Assembly: GCA_951406725.2 (NCBI GenBank) | Contig: OX597826.1 | Location: forward strand, 19,158,001-19,222,000 | Direction: 5' to 3' | Source: Octopus vulgaris | Lineage: Eukaryota | Length of the DNA: 64,000 nucleotides | In this document: positions 1-13,612 of the stretch, piece by piece | How the letters are laid out: each line of letters starts with the position of its first letter | Position numbering within the stretch: position 1 is the stretch's first letter | Made by a program: the position numbers and the translations under genes | Notes under the pieces: model-generated | The model's input: the letters and a program-made list of their open reading frames with translations, nothing else | Database searches by the model: none | Told to the model about the DNA's origin: nothing

Positions 1-418
1 AGCATACAGACAGACAGACAGACCGACAAACTGATATATAGATAGAGATAGATGTGAATACATGGCTTATTAAGAAGCGACATTCTTGTTATACGTACAA
101 TCAACGTATATAAACTTATTTGCTTTTCTTTTTCTTGATATACCGAAGTAAAGAGAAAACAAGAAAGGGGGAAGAGAGAGAGAAAGGAGTGGAGAAGAAA
201 GAGAGAAAGAAAGAGACGCACGTGCCTAAGGCACGGAAGGAAAGGAGGACAACATAAGTTTTTCCAGTGCGGGGTTTAACATGGTGAAAATGGGTCAGCT
301 GAACCAGGACCCAAAATGAGTAAATAATTAAGTTTAGAAACGCTCCCTCCCCGTATACATACATGCATACATACATACATACATACATACATGCATGCAT
401 GCATGCATGCATACATAC

Positions 419-498
<80 letters not shown>

Positions 499-514
499 CG
501 GATAATATATAAGA

Positions 515-790
515 TGGCTGCGAAATAGCACAGAAGTAAATCCAAGACATTTGGAGGTCAGACAGAAAATAAACTGTTTTTACTTCAAACTTTTGTAAAT
601 TCTTTCTAATACCTGATAAGATGAGATTCATCATCGAAACCGGTAAAATTCTATATTTCTTTTATATAATTTTAAAATCATTTTATTAAATTCTTTCTAA
701 ATTGAAATGTCTTGGATTTACTTCTGTGCTATTTCCGGTCTACATCTTTTAGATATAAAAATTTGATTTGTATAGATCTCTTATCTCTTT
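515..790 (+). mobile_element. Short non-autonomous PLE-like element with inverted repeat and degenerate hammerhead
   Basis: About 30-bp inverted repeat gaaatagcacagaagtaaatccaagacatt (~521-551) / aatgtcttggatttacttctgtgctatttc (~707-736); CTGATAA-gatga/tcatc-GAAACCGGTA at 613-645; flanked by (TA)n arrays. Confidence 0.55.
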
Positions 791-795
791 TTTCA

Positions 796-832
<37 letters not shown>

Positions 833-855
833 AAAAGGGTGCAAAAATTTATATG

Positions 856-898
<43 letters not shown>

Positions 899-1141
899 TG
901 GGGCAGGGTTAGTTGAGTGGGCGGGAAGTTCGTTTGCCAAATATGTGGTCTTGCTTTAGTCCCACTAAGTGGCGCCTTGGACATATATGTCTTTCCTCAA
1001 AGTCTCGGACCGACCAAAATCTTGGTACATGTGAACACCGCACGATTTAGTTAAATTCGTTCGGCACGACGGAGCATTTTTAGGGTAAATCCTCATTTTG
1101 TGCTGACTATTACGTTTTAAACATGCGCGAGCGCACGAATG

Positions 1142-1175
<34 letters not shown>

Positions 1176-1639
1176 CATGGTGATTATGCTATATATAGGT
1201 GGAGGTATTATAAAGAGACTAAGGTGAAGTGTTTCATGTCTTGTCACTTGTTTTATCTGCTTCGTTTATTAATTTGTGGTTTACTCAGAAAAATTGGTGA
1301 GCAGCGGGATGGGGGCGGGTGGGGAGGTAATAGTGTAATTGCAATGAAATATAAGACACGCAAAAGGTTGTGTTACAGAAGACGACTATGACGACGAAGT
1401 CAGACAAGAGGAGGGGAGGAACGGGGAGAGGAGAGGAAGATAATGTTTGATAATGATGATGATGCTGGTTGTGAAAAAGAAGAAAAGACAGCAGATGAGA
1501 AGAAGAAATGCGATGATGATGATGATGGAAAATGAAGAATGCTGACTTAGGTAGGGAGAGAGAAAGAGGTGGGAAAATGATCCTTTGAGTCCCATACAGG
1601 CAAACACATCTGCTGTCAGTTAATGTGTGTGTGTGTGTT

Positions 1640-1690
<51 letters not shown>

Positions 1691-2023
1691 TTATATGCCA
1701 TTCAGCGTGTATGCGTGCGAATAGATATGAATGTTTTGTCGGTATTTATGCGCACGGGTATGTGTGAGAATGTTTTGTGTACGAGTATGTATGGATGGGA
1801 GTAGGTATCTGTGTATGTGTGTGTATGTGTGTGTGTAGAAAGAGAGAGAACAGAACGGACACCAGGCACTGACTGTCACGTTTTTATGACATATCTTCTG
1901 GCTACGCGGGTAAGACGAGACAGTCGTTGTTAGGTGTGAGGTAAGAGGAGATGATGGTTCGAAAGGCAATCCACTTATCTTCTTTTCTACTCTCAAAAGT
2001 CGGCTGATTTTGAAAGAGAGCAG

Positions 2024-2099
<76 letters not shown>

Positions 2100-5000
2100 A
2101 AATAATAATAATAATAATGATAATAATAATAATGATATGACGGCGACGCTGAAGTGTGGGTTGCACGACATTTTGTCTTTTGTCGTCGTCGTTGTTTAGT
2201 GTTGTTGTTGTTATAATTGCTTCCCTGCTTGTACATGTATTTGTTGTTGCTGTCGTTATGGTTGCTTCTATTTATTTATTTATTTATCAGCATGCATGCA
2301 GGCAGAAAAGAAGAAAAATTGTTGCAAGCTTCATGAAGAAAGCAGATGTGAAGTGACTAACTGACACATATAGAGATTTCTCGCTGGTAACTCAGAAAAT
2401 TCTCTAAAACAGATCATGATGCTCTTCATCTGGGACAACGATGCTATTTTACTTGTTTTCTATATGTTATTTTGCTCAACTCGTCCCATAGCTTCATTTG
2501 CACTTTGCTGCGAAGTGAAACAATGCTGGGACCTTTAGCTTGATTTTTAGTTGCAGCTTTTTGAAACATCAAAGAATGCAAATTTCAAGACATGTCAGCA
2601 GAAAACAAATACAAATAAACAAAAAGCTGTTTGTTTGGAATCAGATTTCTATATATTCCTTTTTTTTTTTCTTTTACTTAATTCCTCAGACATATTTTCT
2701 TTTGTCTGCCGTTGATGAGATAAAAAAATACAATCAGGATAATTTCTTAGACGACATCAAAAAGTATATTCTTCCCCTTCAAAGCAAAGTCAAAAGTTTG
2801 ATTTCCTAACCGTAAATCTGTATGGGTATAATGTGTGCTTATGTATGTGTAAGGCGTATGTATATCAAGTGTGTGTGTGTGTGTGTGTGTATGCTGTACA
2901 ACAGTTGTACATTGTGAGTGAACTTCATCAATTCGTGATCTCAGGAATTGCAGTTGAAACCGGTTTCCTTCGTTTCTTTCAAATCGCATAAAAAATTGAA
3001 GAACACCACAACTTCCAGTATATGAAGTTTCCACTGGTGTAAGAAGAGTGATATATGTAGCGAAGTTCCACGTTATATAAGACAATGGCACACTTTGAAT
3101 AGTTCATTGACGCCATTTTACTAATGTTGCTAAAACTATCTGGAAGGAACGAATTGCTATTTGGTCCTTCACAAAAATGTAGTATCTTGGGATGTAATTG
3201 AATAAAAACCAATAATGCAAGATATATTTACTTATTGTTGGAAAGTTAAGAGGTTGGAAATAGCTGTGGTGAGCGGTACAGATACAATCACTGAGTGAGC
3301 TGAGTTTGCAATCCAGCTTTGATTCTTAATTACAGAAATAATTTTATGTAATTCTCCGAATATCATTTAGCAATGATGTCACAACCTCTCATCTCTTGCT
3401 CAACCCAAATATATGGCTCTAAAAAATGTCCTGCATTAAAGTGTTCAATATATATTTATAGACTGATTTTTAAGAACAGGCAATGACATTTTGTGGCATT
3501 CATGTTTCTCTCAAGATCGCTCAATACGAAAAGTATTTTCAACTCTTAATCAACAAAAGATTTTATAACCAAATATATGGCATGTAGCGTTGTAGGTTTG
3601 TATAATGTAGAAATAGCCTACTTGCCTACTACACTGGATATTAATACAAGTGAGCAATATCCTTTCCGTGGAAGTATCCTATTCACATCAGACAAAAGCC
3701 TCTTAATTCTCACGTCTTCCAACAAAATTTATTCCTTTGCTTTCACACATAAATTCACCGTTCTCGCTAGAAACAGCTCCTATGTCGTTGCTGGGAATAG
3801 TAGCCAAATTTCCCATAAATTGCACTATACGGGTAGAGTCATTGGATGAGAATGATATTAAATGGTCATTTGGAAAATACCCCTGGTCAGAGATTTGCTT
3901 CATGAGCATGGCTAACCAGGAGGTAAAAATACGCTCAATTTCTTAATTCTTTCTCTTTCTCTCTCTTTCTCTGTCTCTCCTTCCCTCCCTCCCTCCCCTC
4001 CTCTCTCTGTCTGTTGTATATGAATAGCTGAATATATCTAAGTATATACTATTACTTCATTATTACTACATATACATAACCTCGCACATGAAACAGTAAA
4101 TTATTCACTCATAAATATTTAAATATCTAAAATAGAAACTAAAGATGTTTTAGGTCAAGAGAGTCAAAACAAAACCTAATTACTCACAACATGTTATATG
4201 AAGGAGTTAGGGACAAAGGTTGATGTGAACCTTTAAACTGAAATCGCATAATACACCAAGAGGGGCAGTGTGGGGTGCGAAGTGAAAGAAAAAGCAAAAA
4301 AAAACAAAACCTTTCATAGTTTTGAGTGCTGTCAAGTAGCAGATTACACACTGTCTTTACATTGTTTTTTAACATCCACAATCATAGTTGTATAATTAAG
4401 AAATTTTCTTTGAAATCATATGGTTTAGGGTTCGACCCTATTGCGTAGTACCTTGGGCAAATGGGTTTTTTTTTTCACCATAACCGTGGGTCAATTAAAA
4501 CCGTGTGAGCAGAATTTAGTAGTTACGTGGAACATCTGTGTTTGTAATTGTGCCTGTGTTTTTTTTACATACACCGGTCTTAAAGCTGGTGTTGTCTTTG
4601 TGTTGCATTCTCTTAACACACGATTTCGATGATTAGAAATCAATAAAATAAGTGTTTGGCTTGATAGGTTTGACTAAACTCTTATGGCTGCAGTTCAATG
4701 AGTGAAACAAATGAAGGAATGTGTTCATGCGTGAGAGGGAGATAGAAAGAAAGAGAGAGAGAGAGATAGAAGAGAAAGAGAAAGAGAGATAGACAGACAG
4801 AGTGTACTGTTTAATAATAGAAGTCGAATTACTTAATTCGTAACAATTTAAAGTGTTTGAGATTCAAACAACGTTTTAAAATGTAAACACTTTTTATTGT
4901 CACATACACGTTATAGAAATATATTCATTTACTTTGTAACAGAAAGATTTGATCACTTAAACTTGTGATTCGCTTATAGTAGATCTCGGCTAGTCTACCT

Positions 5001-6146
5001 ATTGTTCCTGAAAACAATTTTTATCAACTCTTTATCTCCGCTAGAAACATATCTTTTTTGATCTTTTCAAATCCTTTCAACACGAAAAGATACATCAACA
5101 CAGATAATGTCTTCTCTTGCCGTCTTGGTGGTCACCATCAACGCAACAAACAAGCTTGTTTTTTCTCGAAACTATCACCAGTCAACGCGAGAGCCATTTT
5201 ACCTGCCTCTTCAACACATGGGGCTTACTGCATCTACCACAATCAGTCCCCAACCCAACAGTAACAACAAACCAACTATAGTGATTACAACCAAACTGAC
5301 TCACTAACCTTTCTTGTTGCAATCTATCATCTTCAAAACCAAGCATCTGCATACATATTGCAAACATATATTTGAATCGAACGATATTCAATATTAATTG
5401 CTGTAGATCTTTTGTAATAAATATTTTTAAATAGAGATTTAAATGAGGCAAGCAACGTTTCTGGAGTGGGAGCTGCGAGTGGGGAATAATATGACTATAT
5501 TTGTAATTTTGACCAGAATAAACTTTGGTTATATCTCTAAACACTATCATAACGCTTCCTGACATTTTCTCCAATCGGAAAGACAATAAGAAAAGTTTGA
5601 TTTTCGCGCCTAAAGTTCTCGTGGAATATTCTATAATCTTTTACTATGCTTAAAAAACCCCTCGGAGTTCAGCCCTCTATAGGTACTTACTTTATTGCGA
5701 CGAAAGCTGTGTCTATAAACCCACGTTTAAGAAGGTCACTTTCATCCATCAACCTTCTTTCTAAAAGATTATTCCTGTTGTAACCGGTAACTCAGGCATA
5801 AATGTATATATTTCAGCCCCCATTTTCGGTAATTTCATCATTTGTCATTTCGCACTTCTGACATTCATACAACAAATTATAAATTATATTTATATAAATG
5901 TTAGGTGCTGTTAATAAACATTTTTGAAGATAATTCTTCCCTTTAAACTTATTGTTATTGATTATTCAGTTTGTTAAACACAATACATGTACAAAATGGT
6001 GACTCTGACGTAAACAACGACGGTTTTACTCTGCACAATATTCAGTCTCGCTTAAATATCTACACATCTGTATAAATAATTCGGTTTCAGTCGACTCAAA
6101 CACAAATACGAACGCGTCTGCTGGGCATTCAGGTATAAGATGCATA

Positions 6147-7402
6147 CGAGGGGCGTTCAATAAGTAATGCCCCTGACCCACTTGCAGTTGTTTGATCTAG
6201 CTGAAATTTTGCATGTGCACTTATTTATACCTCTATAGATTAAGTGGCGAATTACAGCTGGTTTCTGATTTACAGGTGTTTGAACTGAGTCAAGTGTGAA
6301 ATGGAGCCTGTTGAGTGTCGAGCAGTGATCTGGTTTTTGTATTTGAAAGGACGCACACCACGGGAGACTTTTGATGAAATGAAAGTAACTTATGGTGATG
6401 ATGCCCCATCATATGACCTTGTAAAACGCTGGCATTGTGAATTCAAACATAGTCGAAACTCTGTGGAAACAGCTCCCAGATCTGGTCGCCCCTTCTGCCG
6501 TTGATGAGACGTCTGTCCGTCAAGTTGAGGCTGCCATTTTGGAAGGTCAACGCATAACTATTCGCCAAATAGCCCATAAGGTCAAGATTAGTACCGGGTC
6601 TGTGGAAACTATCATTCATGACCATTTGCATATGCAAAAGGTGTCTGCCAGATGGATTTCCAGGTTGCTCACACCTTTCCAGAAGCAAGAACGCGTTGAG
6701 TGCTCGAGGATGAATTTGGAGATGTGCCAAGAAGATGAGTCAAAATTTTTCAAAAGACTGATCACACAGGATAAAACCTGGGTTCATCACTATGATCCAT
6801 AGACCAAAGCCCAGTCAATGCAGTGAAAGCACCGTGACTCACCTCCTCCAAAGAAGGCAAGGATGCAGCCCTCCGCTGACAAGGTTATGCTCACAGTCTT
6901 CTGGGACCAGGACGGAGTAGTGATGACAGATTTCCTGGCAAAGGGTACCACAATTACAGGAGCCTATTATGCTTCACTTTTGAGGAAATTAAGAGAAGCT
7001 ATCAAAATCAAGAGGCGGGGCAAGATCAGCAAAGACATCCTCCTCCTGCAGGACAACGCTCCGGTCCACAACTCGCGTGTCGCCAGATCAGAAGCACAGG
7101 CGTGCAGCTATGAACTCCTCCCCTTGCACCCTCTGATTTTCACCTCTTCCCAGCCATGAAGTTGATTTTGAAAGGAAAGCGTTTCCCAGATGATGCAGCC
7201 TTGATTTCTGAAGTCAGGTCGTGGTTGGAGGACCAAGCTGGGGTCTTCTACAAAAACGGTCTCCAGAGCTGTATCAAACGATGGGAGAAATGCATAACTC
7301 TGGGTAGTTCCTACGTAGGAAAAGACTAATAACTGTGCCAAGTGTCGTTGCTCTACTGCTATGGGAAGTGGGTCAGGGGCATTACTTATTGAACGCCCCT
7401 CG
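6147..7402 (+). mobile_element. Full-length mariner (irritans/Himar1-like), transposase pseudogene
   Basis: TIRs cgaggggcgttcaataagtaatgcccctgacccactt at both ends, TA target duplication; frameshifted ORFs 6301-7330 with TQDKTWVHHYDP, KVMLTVFWD, LLQDNAPVH. Confidence 0.95.
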
Positions 7403-7471
7403 TACCTTTTTCTGGCGTTACATCGACTTTTCGATGTACATTCTTTGTAAACAACTTTAAACTATACTAGA

Positions 7472-8103
7472 CAGTGGCGGCTCGTAGATAAAATTAGTCG
7501 GGGTGCTGCTTCAGAAAATTTTTAGCCGTTTAATATAAAAAGAAATTTTATACGTAAACTTGATCGGTTCGCGTTTTAGCCACTGCCGGTTAGTGTGTTT
7601 AATTTGTTCACTGAACACTGCCCCGAAATCCCCCTTATTTTTCAAAAATCCCCGCTAAACCACAAAATAAGGGAGGGGAATCTGCCCTATTTTTCAAATC
7701 CAGGCAGCGGGAAGCAGGATAATAATCTAATTCTAAACTTTATCATATTCAAGAATATAAACAAGTTTTTAAGCACAACACACGCGGAGTCAAAAAGAAA
7801 CACTACATTTCACTGCGTGAACGACAGGGAGAGCCCTGGCGTGCATTTTCCTATCTCGGACATGTGAGCATGCGCACAACAGCCAAACACCGCGTCGCTG
7901 GAACTGTGAAGCGCACAGTTCTACACAAGGATTTTGCTATTTTTTCATAAACTAGGGAAAGGCTACTGACATTAAGCTCAAGGATTATATAATGTACAAT
8001 ATAAAGAAAGAATTAAAGAAAAAAGGACTCATTATATTGAATGTTATCGAGTGGAAGTAGGGGGTGCTGCAGTTCCACTGTAGCTATACCCGAGCCGCCA
8101 CTG
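7472..8103. mobile_element. Non-autonomous hAT-type DNA transposon
   Basis: TIRs cagtggcggctcg / cgagccgccactg; 8-bp TSD atactaga / ataccaga (1 mismatch). Confidence 0.8.
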
Positions 8104-8879
8104 ATACCAGACTTCTCATTTTGTTCATTGTTTATCAGTCATCTTTCGGCAAGGGCAGATGTGTATGGGAAAACACCGTAGAGATGCGATCAGTTAAAAA
8201 CTTTCGATTAGTTCATTGTAAATCTCGACTCGTTTTACTAGTCAACGAGCTCCAATCTACACTGGAGACAGAAAAACTACTCATTTTCCTTGCCACCATT
8301 ACCAGTCAACACAAGAACTAAGCTACCTGCCTCTTCAACACGAGAAGCTTGCTGCTTCTACCAACATCGCTACCCAACAGCAACAATAAGCCAACTAGAA
8401 TGATGATAATCAATCTGGTCCGCCAGCCTAACTTGTCACAAACACACACACACGCAACAAACAATGCGAAAACATGTTCACAACCACGCAGTTGCTCATG
8501 TATTGCCAAACATGTATTTCAAACGATCGACATTAAATGTTAATTGTTGCAAGCATTTCGTAAATAAATGTTTGTATATATAACAATATATAAGTTGTTT
8601 ACGCATTCATAGATGCAAAACCATTTACTAATCGTTTCCAACTTTTATTAGAATATTATGGAAATTCGAACTTGATGATTCACTGAAGGAGCCTCTACAT
8701 GATCGCGCGACCAACTCGCAGAAATCACGTTCGCCGCCTTCGATAAAGGAGGGTTCATTGGGAGACGTAGTCTCTCATATTCAAGACAACTGAATGAGGG
8801 TAAAATAGCGAACGTTATTTGACCAGACAAAAGATAGAAGGGAGTGACAGATAGGATACGTTCAGCCACTAAGAGTAGA

Positions 8880-9018
8880 AAGGCAGCCAACAACTGATGA
8901 AGGGTCGCTCTTTATGTTACTTGTCCTGTTTTCTATTTGTTTCTCTCGTTGTTTGCGTATTCAACTCATTTGTTTTCGTATTTCATGTTGTTTATATATA
9001 CATAGTTACATCTATACG

Positions 9019-9085
<67 letters not shown>

Positions 9086-9369
9086 TATGTGTGCAAAGGA
9101 CGTCATGAAACGTGTACAACAGACGCATGAGTACATGGAACAGGAACTATTCTTCGAACAACGAAAGACACAAATAGAAAATAAAACAAACAACATAAAG
9201 AACGATCCTTCATCAGTTGTTGACTGTTTTTCTAGTCTCGTATTTCGAGCATTTAACAACAATATACGCTTTATTTAAAACAGTTGCGCCCGCAAAACAA
9301 ATTAAATAAAATTTGGGATTTTGCGGAGGGTTAAAATAGGTAGCACAAACAGGATAGTGAAAACAAACA

Positions 9370-9370
<1 letters not shown>
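8880..9370. mobile_element. Two inverted copies of a short repeat around a (TA)n array (PLE-like)
   Basis: cagccaacaactgatgaagggtcgctctttatgtt (~8884-8918, +) matches the reverse complement of ~9191-9226. Confidence 0.5.
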
Positions 9371-9415
<45 letters not shown>

Positions 9416-9459
9416 GCATACATATATATATGTATATATATATATATATATATATGAAT

Positions 9460-9491
<32 letters not shown>

Positions 9492-9495
9492 GAAT

Positions 9496-9574
<79 letters not shown>

Positions 9575-9586
9575 TATATATACATT

Positions 9587-9657
<71 letters not shown>

Positions 9658-9659
9658 TA

Positions 9660-9704
<45 letters not shown>

Positions 9705-9871
9705 TTATTTGATTGAACGCCACGCATCCATTTCCAAGTAAGTTTAACTTAACCTTTCTGATGCGGCTCTACCCTATACTGTTCTCTCCCCTATCGTTTT
9801 CTCTCTGTCTCTCTCTCTCACCCTCTTTCTCCTTTACTCTCTCTCTCTCGTTGCTCACACGTGAATATCGT

Positions 9872-9926
<55 letters not shown>

Positions 9927-9928
<2 letters not shown>

Positions 9929-10762
9929 AGGTACGATGAGTAGATTGTCGCCATTTTATATTTATAACTTCGCGTATGGGCATTGTTTGCTTTGATTTTG
10001 TCAACTACACAGTATAATAGGGACAGTTGGGCACCGTCTATGAGAAAAACAGCATCACGACGCAATTCACCCTGCCGGAAATTTGGAAACAACATGCTGG
10101 AAGCTCTAATACAAACATTTCAGAGTGTTTGGTATCAATCTGAGTCCCCAAAACATGTACGGAGAGTGATAAAAATCAAACATCCATTCAACATCATGGT
10201 GCTTGGAGTGATCTCTAGTGATGGTAACGTTATGCCTCCATTCCTCTTTCCACACGGCTTCGCACTCAACACGGAGGCCTACATCAAGTGCCTGGAGGAG
10301 GTAGTGCTGCCTCAGTTCAAGGGGGTGGCTGCTGAATCCTGTGCCTGGCAACTGAACTCTGCACCATTCCACACAAGCAGTCATGGCTGTCAGACAATTT
10401 CTGCGACCGCATCACCCCTGACATTTAGCCACCTAGCTCCCCAGACTGTAACCCCTTTGGTTATTATGTGTGGGGCACAGTTAAGCGAAAGACCAACAAA
10501 ACTCCTTGTAACACCAAAGATGAACTGAAGGCAAGGATTATGGCAGCATTACCCAACTTAAACGAGGAGACAGTCCAGAAGAGTTGCAGGATATTCCCAA
10601 GTCGTGGTTAAAGCCAATGGCGATTTTATAGAATAAATTTACTTCTTAGTATTTGAAGATATTTTTATGCAATTTTGGTAAAATATATCTGTTAAAAAAT
10701 GAGATGTCAGTGTTATTTTCATTTTTGCATAATTTAAACGACAATTCATTTATAGCACACTA
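9927..10762 (+). mobile_element. Internally deleted maT/DD37D-like Tc1/mariner element
   Basis: Peptide KHPFNIMVLGVISSDGNVMPPFLFP...NTEAYIKCL...WQLNSAPFH; same family as 57907-59154; degenerate TIRs. Confidence 0.85.
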
Positions 10763-11210
10763 CACACATACACACACACACAAACACACACACAAACACA
10801 CACACATACACATATATATAAGTATATTAAGTATATGATTTAACTTATAAAACAAGGTTCAACAAATTAAATCATATTTTTCGTAAATGGAGGAGATTAG
10901 ATGGATTAAAAATATTTTTATTCATATAGCTATACGATCGTTTCATACAGAAAGACAATAAATTCATTTTAAGAATCTGGGTTGACAAAAAGTATTCGGC
11001 AGTAGCAAAAATTAAGGTGAGGAAAAAAAACCCCGAAAAGCTAAAAAGGCATTTTCGTAATGTTTAATTGTTGTTAGAGTCATGTCTATTTAAAACAAGA
11101 CTGGAGGGTCTCAGTTGGGTGTTGATATATATAAAAAATTAATACGGCTACACACACACACGCACACACATACACACACACAAGCACACACATATATATA
11201 TATATATATA

Positions 11211-11360
11211 CGACGGGCTTCTTTCAGTTTGCGTCTACCAAATCCACTCACAAGACTTTGGTCGGCCCGAGGTATAGTAGAAGACACTTGCCCAAGGTGC
11301 CTCGCAGTGGGACTGAACCCGGAACCATGTGGTTGGTAAACCAGCTACTTACCTCACAGC

Positions 11361-11364
<4 letters not shown>
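11211..11364 (-). mobile_element. tRNA-derived CORE-type SINE, 5' part
   Basis: Head gtggctgtg...ggttccgggttcagtcccactgcg followed by CORE-like ccttgggcaagtgtcttc; many copies in the window. Confidence 0.85.
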
Positions 11365-11439
<75 letters not shown>

Positions 11440-11448
<9 letters not shown>

Positions 11449-11600
11449 GAGTTTGTGTGTGCGCGCGCGTATATTCGTTATGCATTCGAAAACTGATTTG
11501 CCGATTTTGACGTATGGGGTATCAAAAGATTCAGTAATCTTTCGGCTACCAAATAAACCTAATTTTTATTTACATATTTTCTACGTTATCTTAACAACCA
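11440..11600 (+). mobile_element. Possible non-autonomous Helitron 5' end
   Basis: tatataaaagag...gtgtgt...aaaactgatttgccgattttg resembles typical Helitron-N 5' ends; no 3' CTAG/hairpin end found. Confidence 0.3.
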
Positions 11601-11816
11601 CCCTTTAGTTATTTGAAAGACACTGATCTCCAACGACCAGCTTTTCACTTTCAATTTGAACCATAATTACTAAGTGTTGCATTATGAGAGTGACGATGTG
11701 TGAATAATGAAAATAATGTTTCTCCGAATTAGTCTCATCTGTGCTATAATAAAGAAAGCTGCTTACCATCTATCTATCTATCTATCTATCTATATATATA
11801 TATATATATATATATA

Positions 11817-13124
11817 TTAGGTCATCTCATAAGTAATGCGGTGTTTTCAATTGCATGAACTGAAAGTTGGAGGGGGACGGGATAGACTACCTGCATGAAC
11901 GTGCTATAAAAGCAGGTTGTAATTCTACCTTGTCCTTATTCTTAGTGCAAATTTTGAAGAGTGCAGTTCGATTTCAAGCTATTTTTTCAAAGCTATAATG
12001 GATATGACAAAGGAACATATTCGGCATATTTTGCTTTATGAGTTCAAAAAAGGCAACAACGCAACGGAAAATGCGAGGAATATTAATGCAGCATATCGGA
12101 TCGGGCAATAAGCATAAGCCAATCTTCATTGTAGTTCCAGAAATTCCGAGCCAGAAACTACAGTCTAGAAGACGAGCCTCGTCCTGGAAAATCTGTAGAG
12201 CTCGACGAGAACGTCCTGCAAACCCTGGTGGAACAAAATCCCATCGTAACTGTTGAGCCAGCCATTCATGTCAGCGCTAGAAGAAAAACGACCATTTTTG
12301 GTTTCAAGACGAAAGGTGTTCTTCCATCAGGATAATACTCGGCCGCATACGGCGAGGATGACATTTCAAAGGCTGGAGTAGTTTGAATGGGAAACGATGC
12401 CCCACCCATCATATTTGCCGGACGTTGCCCCATTTGATTTTCATTTATTTCGCAGTTTTCAAAATCATTTGGACGGAAAAAATATGAATTCTGTAGACGA
12501 GGTCAGAACAGTAGTGGATGAGTATTTTTCGTCACGGACTAGTGAATTTTAGAAGACGGGCCTTGCAAATCTATCAGATAGATGCCAGGGCATTGTAGAA
12601 AATGGAGAGTATATTTCAGGTTACAAAGGAACTCTTTACTCTCTTTTCTCTCTTTTACTCTTTTACTTGTTTCAGTCATTTGACTGCGGCCATGCTGGAG
12701 CACCGCCTTTAGTCGAGCAAATCGACCCCAGAACTTATTCTTTGTAAGCCCAGTACTTATTCTTTCGGTCTCTTTTGCCGAACCGCTAAGTGATGGGGAC
12801 GTAAACACACCAGCATCGGTTGTCAAGCAATGCTAGGGAGACAAACACAGACACACAAACACACACACACACATACTTATATATATATATACATATATAC
12901 GACAGGCTTCTTTCAGTTTCCGTCTACCAAATCCACTCACAAGGCATTGGTCGGCCCGGGGCTATAGCAGAAGACACTTGCCCAAGATTCCACGCAGTGG
13001 GACTGAACCCGGAACCATGTGGTTGGTTAGCAAGCTACTTATCACACAGCCACTCCTGCAAAATTATCTTAATTTTGAAAACAAAAAGGAATATAAAAAC
13101 CGCATTATTTATGGGATGGCCCAA
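11817..13124 (+). mobile_element. Mariner (cecropia/Hsmar1-like), internally deleted and interrupted by a SINE
   Basis: TIRs ttaggtcatctcataagtaatgcgg / ccgcattatttatgggatggcccaa with TA TSD; ATG at 11998 gives MDMTKEHIRHILLYEFKKGNNATENARNIN; later HQDNTRPH and DFHLF motifs. Confidence 0.9.
12632..13059 (-). mobile_element. Full-length tRNA-derived CORE-type SINE nested in mariner
   Basis: Head gcaggagtggctgtgtg, CORE-like ttgggcaagt, internal microsatellite, tail ggtgctccagcatggccgcagtcaaatgactgaaac. Confidence 0.9.
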
Positions 13125-13456
13125 TATAAAGAAAACCAAATAAACTATGTTTTTGACACAACAACACTTTTCTACTACTAAAATAACCTCGGAAACGAGG
13201 TCGAGTCGCACAATTTTGAGATTATTTTCGGGCAATATTTCGATTTGCTTCTAATGTTTCAATTTCACCCAGTGTTTCACGAATGCGTAGAATTCTACTG
13301 AGACAAACATGAAAATGTACACATAAATATTGTATTAAAATAACCCAAACCCACCAAAATTTCATTAAAAGAAATCCATTTCTCTATATGTTATGAGGAA
13401 ATGCAATCACACACACTCTCTCTCTCATATGCACACGCACACATACATACAAAAAA

Positions 13457-13506
<50 letters not shown>

Positions 13507-13567
13507 TGTATGTATGTATGAATGTACGTATGTATGTATATATGTATGTATACACGTTTTTATAATA

Positions 13568-13609
<42 letters not shown>

Positions 13610-13612
<3 letters not shown>

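Noticed and set aside
2890-3950. Short complex ORFs on both strands as host exons
   Set aside because: No recognisable domain, stops in all frames and no convincing splice structure.
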